From Pseudomonas aeruginosa PAO1 (lineage in GTDB: Bacteria > Pseudomonadota > Gammaproteobacteria > Pseudomonadales > Pseudomonadaceae), in NCBI RefSeq assembly GCF_000006765.1, contig NC_002516.2: a DNA stretch of 64,000 nt; one strand, 5' to 3'. Within the stretch, counting starts at the first letter, position 1, and each line of letters begins with the position of its first letter. The position numbers and the translations under genes were made by a program. Shown in pieces: positions 55,883 through 64,000 of this stretch. The notes under the pieces were generated by a model. It ran no database searches. It was given only the letters and a program-made list of their open reading frames with translations, and was not told where the DNA came from.

Positions 55883-56548
55883 TCAGCGGCGCAGGTAGGC
55901 GGCGAAGTCGATGTCGCCGGCGCTGAGGATCGCCTGGACCCGGTTGTGTACCTTGAGCTTGCGCAGGATCGCCGAGACGTGCGCCTTCACCGTGGTCTCG
56001 GCGATGTCCAGGTTGTAGGCGATCTGCTTGTTCGACTCGCCCTTGGTCATCCGCTCCAGCACCAGCAGCTGCTTGCGGGTCAGGGCCTGGAGCAGTTCCG
56101 GGGAGATGCCGTGTTCTTCGTGGCCGCTGCGTCGCGGCGAACTCTTCTGGGTGCGGATCACGTCCGAGGGCAGGTAGACGTTGCCGTTGAGGATCTGCTC
56201 GATGGCTTCGGTCATCTGCGCGCGTGGCGAGGACTTGGTGATGAAGCCCACCGCGCCGTAGGTGATGGCCTGTAGCACCACCTGCTTGTCCTGCTCGGCG
56301 GAGACGATAACCACGGGAATGGTCGGGGCCTCGTTGCGCAGGTTCATCAGGCCGTTGAGGCCGTGCATGCCGGGCATGTTCAGGTCGAGCAGGATCAGGT
56401 CGAGGTCGTCGTGTTCCTGGGTCAGGCCCAGGGCGCTGTCGAGGTCGGCGGTTTCCATCACTTCGCTGCCGGGGAATCCGTCGGCGATGACATTGTGGAT
56501 GGCCTCGCGGAACAGCGGGTGGTCGTCGGCGATCAGGATCTTGTACAT
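55883..56548 (-). CDS. erbR: NarL/LuxR response regulator of ethanol oxidation (AgmR)
   Basis: [16 protein letters not shown], Lux[20 protein letters not shown]; 221 aa. Confidence 0.9.
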
Positions 56549-57063
56549 GGCCTGCACCTCGTTATTGTCGTTATGGGCGGCTGGTGGCGGCTCGGGGCAC
56601 GCGGGCGGATGCGAATGCGCTCACGGTAGCAGTCGTGGGCGCGATAGCCCAGCGGGTGGGCGTTCCGCCGCGCGCTGCCGGGGACGCGTCGCGGACGGTC
56701 GGCAGCCGGGTAGGCGGAGAAGGCGAACTCGGTACTGCGGCGGGACCGCCGCAGGGTAGTCGGGCGCTACGCGGGGCAAGGCAAGGCGGGGCATGGCGGC
56801 TTCTCGTCGTTTCTTCTTGTATGCGTCATTACAGGGCAGGCGCGCTGCTTTGGAAATTCGACGTCCGGAGGGGTGAACCAGTACCAAAGTAGCAGGACCA
56901 GGCGCTTGCGCAGCGCTCCTGCTGCATCGGCGGCGCCCGCAAGGGCGGCTGGAGGCGGGTGGCCGCGCAAAAGTAGCGGCCCGGCAGTACCAAGGTAGTA
57001 GCACGCCGTGGCTCCGCGCGTCCTAGCATGTCTCGACAACGACAATGGACAGGAGTCGCCGCC

Positions 57064-57204
57064 ATGCGCATCGCCGTCACCCTGGTGTTGCCCATCCTGC
57101 TGATCCTCAGCCTGCTCGGGTTCGATTTCCTCTATTCCCGCCACCTCGGCCAGGAAAGACCTGCCGCCTGCGCCGTCGGACAGGCCTGTCGGATCGTCCC
57201 CTGA
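57064..57204 (+). CDS. Putative 46-aa single-pass membrane peptide (not in the ORF track)
   Basis: MRIAVTLVLPILLILSLLGFDFLYSRHLGQERPAACAVGQACRIVP; AGGAG RBS; stops 8 nt before the eraS ATG. Confidence 0.55.
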   Translation: MRIAVTLVLPILLILSLLGFDFLYSRHLGQERPAACAVGQACRIVP

Positions 57205-57212
57205 GCCACGCC

Positions 57213-57863
57213 ATGGATGACCTGCGACCCGCCGGCCCGGCGGAGTACCGCTGGCTGCTCGCCGTGCAGGAGCGCGAGCGGCGCTTGCTGGCCCAGGCGG
57301 TGCATGACGATATCGGCCAGTACCTGACGGGCATCCGCACCCAACTGTTGTTGCTGCGCTGCACGGCAGGCGACGGGCAGCCGGCGCTGGCACGCCTGGA
57401 GCGCTACTGCCAGGGGCTGGACGACAGCTTCCGCGCGCTGCTGCGCGGTCTACCGCCGCCGGCCCTGCAACGCCAGTCGCTGGACGAGGCGCTGCGCGCC
57501 TGCGTGGCGGACTGGCAGGAAGGCCAGGGCATCGCCTGCGAGCTGCGCCTGGGCGGTCCGCTGCCGCCCCTGGATGCGGCGGCCGGGACCCATCTCTACC
57601 GCCTGTTGCAGGAGGCGCTGAACAACGTCGCCCGGCATGCCGGCGCCAGCCGCGTGCGGATCCGCCTGCAATGCCGTGGCGGCTTTCTCTACCTGAGCGT
57701 ACGCGACGACGGTCGCGGCTGCGCGGCGGACCCGGCACCCGGCTTCGGCCTGGACTCGATGCGCCAGCGCGCGCGCTGCCTGGGCGCTGAACTGAGCCTG
57801 CGCAGCCGTCCCGGACAGGGCCTGGCGTTGCGCCTGCGGATGCCGCTGGAACGCGACGACTGA
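57213..57863 (+). CDS. eraS: Soluble HisKA_3 sensor kinase (ExaD)
   Basis: ERRLLAQAVHDDIGQ, QEALNNVARHA, DDGRG and GLDSMRQRA; no sensory domain. Confidence 0.85.
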   Translation: MDDLRPAGPAEYRWLLAVQERERRLLAQAVHDDIGQYLTGIRTQLLLLRCTAGDGQPALARLERYCQGLDDSFRALLRGLPPPALQRQSLDEALRACVADWQEGQGIACELRLGGPLPPLDAAAGTHLYRLLQEALNNVARHAGASRVRIRLQCRGGFLYLSVRDDGRGCAADPAPGFGLDSMRQRARCLGAELSLRSRPGQGLALRLRMPLERDD

Positions 57864-57875
57864 GAGGAGAGGACG

Positions 57876-58553
57876 ATGAAGGTCCTGCTGGTGGACGATC
57901 ATTTCGTGGTCCGCGAAGGGCTGGCCGCGCTGTTGCGCGGGCTGCTCCCCGACGTGGAGGTGAACGAGGCCGGCGACGGCGAAGAAGCCTTGCAGGCGGT
58001 GCAGCGGGAAATTCCTTCGCTGGTCATCGTCGATCTCGGCCTGCCGGGCATCAGCGGCCTGGAACTGACTCGCCGGCTGCGCCAGCGCCTGCCGCAGTTG
58101 CGTGTGCTGTTCTTCAGCCTCCACGACGAACTGGCCCTGGTGCGCCAGGCGCTGGATGCCGGTGCCCGCGGCTACGTGACCAAGCGCGCGGCGCCGACGG
58201 TGCTGCTGGAGGCGATACGGCGAGTGCTCGCCGGCCAGCTCTATCTGGAGCAGCCCCTGGCCACGCGCCTGGCCTGCCAGTCGTGGGAAGAGCAGGGCGG
58301 GGCAGCGTTGCGCGGGCTGACCCGTCGCGAGTTCGAGATATTCCGCCTGCTCGCGCGTGGCCTGGCCCTGCGCGAGGTGGCCGAGCACCTGGGGGTAAGC
58401 GCCAAGACCGTGTCCAACCATGTCAGCCTGCTCAAGCAGAAGTTGCAGGTGAGTACCCAGGCGGAACTGGTGCACCGGGCCATCGACAGCGGCGTGCTGC
58501 GGCTGGGCCTGCCGCTGCCGCTCGCCGAGGAGGCTCGCGGCAGTCTCGGCTAG
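57876..58553 (+). CDS. eraR: NarL/LuxR response regulator (ExaE)
   Basis: VDDHFVVREG, DLGLPG and LuxR HTH; adjacent to eraS. Confidence 0.88.
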   Translation: MKVLLVDDHFVVREGLAALLRGLLPDVEVNEAGDGEEALQAVQREIPSLVIVDLGLPGISGLELTRRLRQRLPQLRVLFFSLHDELALVRQALDAGARGYVTKRAAPTVLLEAIRRVLAGQLYLEQPLATRLACQSWEEQGGAALRGLTRREFEIFRLLARGLALREVAEHLGVSAKTVSNHVSLLKQKLQVSTQAELVHRAIDSGVLRLGLPLPLAEEARGSLG

Positions 58554-58579
58554 GGGCGCCGTCGCTGCTGTCCGGCGCT

Positions 58580-59227
58580 TCACTGCCAGCCCGCGGGGCA
58601 ATCCTTGCAACCCTGCATGTTGCTGCCCTGGAAGTTGCCGAAGCGCACCTTGCTGCCGCGCAGGTCGGCATCCTCCAGGTTGGCCTCGGCCAGCTTGACT
58701 TCCTGCAGGTTGGCGTCGCGCAGGTCGGCGCCCTTGAGATCGGCGCGGGACAGCCAGGTCATCTCCAGGTCGGCGGCGCGCAGCGTGGCCTGGTGCAGGC
58801 GGCCGCCGCTGAGACGGGCGAACTCCAGGTAGGCGGCGGTGAGGTCGGCGCCTTGCCACTGGGCGCCCTGGGCGAACAGGCCCCAGGCCTGGATCGCCAC
58901 CGCCCTGGCGCCGGAGAGGTCGGCGCCGCGCAGGTTGGCTTGCTGCAGGCTGGCGCGGGTGAGGTCGGCACCACGCAGGTTGGCTTTTTCCAGGTTGGCC
59001 AGGTCGAGCCTGGCGTGACGCAGGTCGGCGCCGGAGAGATCGGCGCCGGCCAGGTCGATGCGGCCGAGGTCGAGGTTGCGCAGGTCGGCGCCGCGCAGGT
59101 CGGCCTTGGCGCAGCGCGCGCCGGGCTCCAGGCGGCAGCCGGCGATGACGCGGACGTCGTCGATGTCGTCGGCGGCCTGGGCCAGGCCGGCGCCGAGCAG
59201 GGCGGCGCAGAGGAGGAAGGTCTTCAT
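58580..59227 (-). CDS. Secreted pentapeptide-repeat protein
   Basis: Signal peptide followed by many A(D/N)LxG repeats. Confidence 0.88.
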   Translation of the reverse strand: MKTFLLCAALLGAGLAQAADDIDDVRVIAGCRLEPGARCAKADLRGADLRNLDLGRIDLAGADLSGADLRHARLDLANLEKANLRGADLTRASLQQANLRGADLSGARAVAIQAWGLFAQGAQWQGADLTAAYLEFARLSGGRLHQATLRAADLEMTWLSRADLKGADLRDANLQEVKLAEANLEDADLRGSKVRFGNFQGSNMQGCKDCPAGWQ

Positions 59228-59280
59228 CGGGATACTCCGCAGGCGGGGAAAGCCGCGCCTCGCAGGGCGCGGCGCGGGGA

Positions 59281-61152
59281 TCAGCGGCTGGCGGTGCGGT
59301 TGTCCCAGCTGGGCAGCTTGAATACCCAGAAGGAACCGCCCTGGGCCACCGGCCGGGTCAGGTCGGCCATGTCGCCGCCCCACAGCGGCACGGCGCCGCC
59401 GTAGCCGACGGTCACGCCGAGGTACTGCTCGCCGTCCTGTTCCCAGGTGATCGGTGGCGAGACGATGCCGCTGCCGGTCTGGAATTTCCACAGCTCCTTG
59501 CCGCTCTTCGCGTCGAAGGCCTTGAAGTAGCCGTCGCCGGTGCCGGTGAACACCAGGTTGCCGGCGGTGGCCAGCACCCCGGCCCAGAGCGGCAGGTGTT
59601 CCTTGTGTTCCCAGACCACCTTGCCGCTGACCGGGTCCATGGCGCGCAGGCTGCCGACGTGGTCGTCGTACATGCGCTTGATCCGGAAGCCCATGCCAAG
59701 GTAGGCGCTGCCCTTCGTATAGCTGACCTCCTCGGTCCAGTAGTCTTCCTTCCAGTGGTTGGCCGGCACGTAGAACAGGCCGGTGTCCTGGCTGTAGGCC
59801 ATCGGGTTCCAGTTCTTGCCGCCGAGGAACGGCGGCGATACTTCCACCGCCTTGCCATGCTTCTGCCCCGGTTCCGGCAGCGGCGGGCGCTGGCCCTCGC
59901 GCTCCACCGGGCGGCCGGTCTTCAGGTCGATGTGGCTGGCCCAGGTGATGTTGTCGACGAAGGGGAAGGCGTTCTGCAACTTGCCGTTGCTGCGGTCGAC
60001 CACATAGAAGAAGCCGTTGCGGTCGGCGTGGGCGGTGGCCTTGACGATCTTGCCGTCCTTGGCCTTGTAGTCGAACAGCACCAGTTCGTTGTTGCCGGAG
60101 AAGTCCCAGGCGTCGTTGGGGGTGTGCTGGTAGAACCACTTCACCTCGCCGCTGCTCGGGTCCACCCCGACCTGGCCGGAGGTGTAGAGGCTGTCGTAGT
60201 CGTGCGGGTTGCCGCCCTTGGCGGTGCGCGCCCAGGTGTTCCACGGGCCGGGGTTGCCGGCGCCGACGATGATGGTGTTGGTCTCGGCGTCGAAGCTGGC
60301 GCTCTGCCAGGGAGCGCCGCCGCCGTGGCTCCACGACTCGACCTTGCCGGTCGGCGAGTTGCGATCGTCCGGCCAGGAGGGCGCCTTGACGTCGCCGGTC
60401 ACCGTGCTGTCCTTGCCGTTCAGGCGGCCCATGTGGCCTTCGACGAAGGGACGCATCCAGATTTCCTCGCCGGTATCCGGATCGCGGGCGAACAGGCGGC
60501 CGACCACGCCGAACTCGTCGCCCGAACTGCCGTGGATCAGCAGGACCTTGCCGGTCTTGCCGTCCTTCACGATGGTCGGCGCGCCAGTCATGGTGTAGCC
60601 GGCGCCGTGATCGGCGAACTTCTTCTTCCACACCACCTTGCCGGTGTTCTTGTTCAGCGCCACCACCGAGGCGTCGAGGGTGCCGAAGAACACCTTGTCG
60701 CCATAGATCGCGGCGCCGCGGTTGACCACGTCGCAGCACGGGCGGATGTCGTCGGGCAGGCGGTGGTTGTAGGTCCACAGGCGCTTGCCGGTCTTCGCGT
60801 CGAGGGCGAACAGCCGCGAGTAGGAGGCGGTCACGTAGATCACGCCGTCGCTGACGATGGCCTGGGACTCCTGGCCGCGCTGTTTCTCGTCGCCGAAGGA
60901 GTACGACCAGGCCGGGGTCAGCTTGAACACGTTGTCGGCGTTGACCTGCTTGAGCGGGCTCCAGCGCTGGGCGTGGGTGCCCATGCCGTACTGCAGCACG
61001 TCGCCGGTGGTCTTGTCGTCGTTGGCGATGTCCTCCCAGGTCACATCCTTGGCCAGCGCGGCGCCAGCGCTGCCCAGGGCGACGGCGAAGGCGAGGCAGT
61101 GCAGGCTCGGGCGCAGGAGGCCGGCAGGGGCGGGTGAGGTTCTTGTTGTCAT
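59281..61152 (-). CDS. exaA: PQQ-dependent quinoprotein ethanol dehydrogenase (Ca-type)
   Basis: Signal peptide, vicinal CC (PCCDVVNRG), WDFSG (Ser rather than the lanthanide-type Asp); 623 aa. Confidence 0.96.
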   Translation of the reverse strand: MTTRTSPAPAGLLRPSLHCLAFAVALGSAGAALAKDVTWEDIANDDKTTGDVLQYGMGTHAQRWSPLKQVNADNVFKLTPAWSYSFGDEKQRGQESQAIVSDGVIYVTASYSRLFALDAKTGKRLWTYNHRLPDDIRPCCDVVNRGAAIYGDKVFFGTLDASVVALNKNTGKVVWKKKFADHGAGYTMTGAPTIVKDGKTGKVLLIHGSSGDEFGVVGRLFARDPDTGEEIWMRPFVEGHMGRLNGKDSTVTGDVKAPSWPDDRNSPTGKVESWSHGGGAPWQSASFDAETNTIIVGAGNPGPWNTWARTAKGGNPHDYDSLYTSGQVGVDPSSGEVKWFYQHTPNDAWDFSGNNELVLFDYKAKDGKIVKATAHADRNGFFYVVDRSNGKLQNAFPFVDNITWASHIDLKTGRPVEREGQRPPLPEPGQKHGKAVEVSPPFLGGKNWNPMAYSQDTGLFYVPANHWKEDYWTEEVSYTKGSAYLGMGFRIKRMYDDHVGSLRAMDPVSGKVVWEHKEHLPLWAGVLATAGNLVFTGTGDGYFKAFDAKSGKELWKFQTGSGIVSPPITWEQDGEQYLGVTVGYGGAVPLWGGDMADLTRPVAQGGSFWVFKLPSWDNRTASR

Positions 61153-61463
61153 GATCGGGTTCCCGTTTGGAGTGAGGGTCGAGAAACGGCAGGCCGCTGC
61201 TCGGGCCGCGGCGGCTTCATGGTGGAAGCGGGGCGCGCCGGCGGGAACGGAAGATCGCCCGATTCGTCCGGGAAGACTTCCCGGCCGGGGCATGACTTGG
61301 ACTTGCTGCCAAAGCCCCGCGTAAGGCCTTCCGAGGCTCTACTCCGAAGGAGTAGGCGAGGACGCCCAAAGCAGGATTCGGGCGCGCGGCGGAGCTTCCT
61401 AGGATGGCGATGAGCGTCGTTTGGCGCCCGTGCCTTGTCCTGTCTCCCCGGAGGAATGAAGTG

Positions 61464-61901
61464 ATGAACAAGAACAACGTCTTGCGCGGCCTGCTGGTGC
61501 TGGCCGGTCTCAGCCTCTCGAGCCTGGCGCTGGCCCACGGCGATGTGACCCCCCAGGCAGTGGACACCAAGGGACTCGAGCCGCTGGGCAAGGAATGGCG
61601 CGACACCAACCCCTACCGCAAGCCCTACGCCAAGCACGACCTCGCCGTCGAGATCGGCGCCTCCGCCTACAACCAGAACTGCGCGCGCTGCCACGGCCTG
61701 GAAGCCAAGTCCGGCGGCATCGCCCCGGACCTGCGCCTGCTGGAGACCGGCGCCGAGGGCGACGAATGGTTCAAGGAGCGGGTCATCAACGGCGCGGTGC
61801 GCGATGGCGCGGTGTACATGCCGAAGATGGCCGACTTCATCAGCCAGGAAGGCCTCTGGGCGATCCGCAGCTATCTGGAAAGCGTGCACGTCGACGAGTG
61901 A
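61464..61901 (+). CDS. exaB: Cytochrome c550
   Basis: Signal peptide, CARCH, GIAPDLR and MPKM. Confidence 0.93.
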   Translation: MNKNNVLRGLLVLAGLSLSSLALAHGDVTPQAVDTKGLEPLGKEWRDTNPYRKPYAKHDLAVEIGASAYNQNCARCHGLEAKSGGIAPDLRLLETGAEGDEWFKERVINGAVRDGAVYMPKMADFISQEGLWAIRSYLESVHVDE

Positions 61902-61987
61902 CGCGCCCGACCCTTCGCCGCCGACCGCGGCGCCCTTGCACGAGTCCGCCGCGCCACGGCGGAACGACCACACAGGAGAGCTTCGCC

Positions 61988-63508
<1,521 letters not shown>

Positions 63509-63620
63509 GCGGTCCTCAGCCGCCGCGGATCGCTCCGACCCGCGGCCTTTCCGCCAAGGCACCTGCGGGTGCGCTCGTCCCGCGTCCCGACGCGGCTTTC
63601 CCCATGGCGGGTTCTGGCGC

Positions 63621-63648
63621 GACGCGGCCCTGGCCGCGTCTTTTTTTT
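63621..63648 (+). terminator. Rho-independent terminator after exaC
   Basis: GACGCGGCC-CT-GGCCGCGTC followed by T8. Confidence 0.8.
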
Positions 63649-63864
63649 CGCCTCGCCGCCGCCCCTGCATGGACTAGGCTTCTGCCCTGCACCAGGGCGA
63701 ACCAGGGGGCGCAACGGCGTTCTCCCGGCGAACCTTGGGCGGGACAGGCAGTCCCTACCAAATCAGGGGGAAAACTCCTTCGAAAGTCTCATTCGGAGCG
63801 AGCCCCGCTGATGTTTAACTCGACCTGCCGGAATCGCCCGGCCCCACCAGAGAGGATCGACCCC

Positions 63865-63936
63865 ATGTGGACCAAGCCCAGCTTCACCGACCTGCGTCTC
63901 GGTTTCGAAGTGACCCTCTACTTCGCCAACCGCTGA
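63865..63936 (+). CDS. pqqA: PQQ precursor peptide (23 aa)
   Basis: [23 protein letters not shown] with the ExxxY motif. Confidence 0.97.
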   Translation: MWTKPSFTDLRLGFEVTLYFANR

Positions 63937-63943
63937 TCCGTTC

Positions 63944-63963
63944 GGCCCCGGTCTTCCGGGGCC
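63944..63963 (+). other. Stem-loop between pqqA and pqqB
   Basis: GGCCCCGG-TCTT-CCGGGGCC. Confidence 0.6.
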
Positions 63964-63988
63964 TCCCTCCAGCCCGCGGGGCAGACCC

Positions 63989-64000
63989 ATGCACATCCGT
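63989..64000 (+). CDS. pqqB: Start of PqqB (truncated by window end)
   Basis: ATG CAC ATC CGT (MHIR) directly after pqqA; called mainly from position. Confidence 0.6.

Noticed and set aside
57045-57212. Longer 272-aa start for eraS
   Set aside because: The extension is low-complexity and lacks an RBS, whereas the overlapping frame has an RBS and a coherent TM peptide; not fully excluded.

Overview
High-GC Pseudomonas aeruginosa chromosomal segment. From recognition rather than a database search, the gene order matches the PAO1 PA1927-PA1986 region. Core content, in order: metE 3' part, rimJ, soluble PAS chemoreceptor, PaoABC-type molybdo-flavoenzyme, ribose operon rbsBACRK, functional amyloid operon fapABCDEF, pnuC, uppP, azoR2, ABC-F, braZ, eptA, pqqF, and the ethanol oxidation/PQQ cluster (porin, nosP-nahK, erbR, eraSR, exaABC, pqqA, start of pqqB). 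One lower-GC accessory island (about 8540-14570) carries a Gabija-type anti-phage pair. Its gajB is split by an intact 1236-bp IS3-family element with a 3-bp CGC target duplication and rejoins in frame if the IS is removed, and its gajA appears to have lost its C-terminal segment. The most interesting uncharacterised items are: a RoxA-like diheme protein paired with a catalase-fold protein; a GNAT/C39-peptidase fusion divergent from a RimK-like ATP-grasp ligase, next to two small coupled ORFs (one a 28-aa hydrophobic peptide absent from the ORF track); a complete sigma54/IHF/UAS promoter upstream of fap with a VpsR-like activator nearby; and a 46-aa membrane peptide ORF directly upstream of the sensor-less kinase eraS. 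No rRNA, tRNA or CRISPR array was seen.
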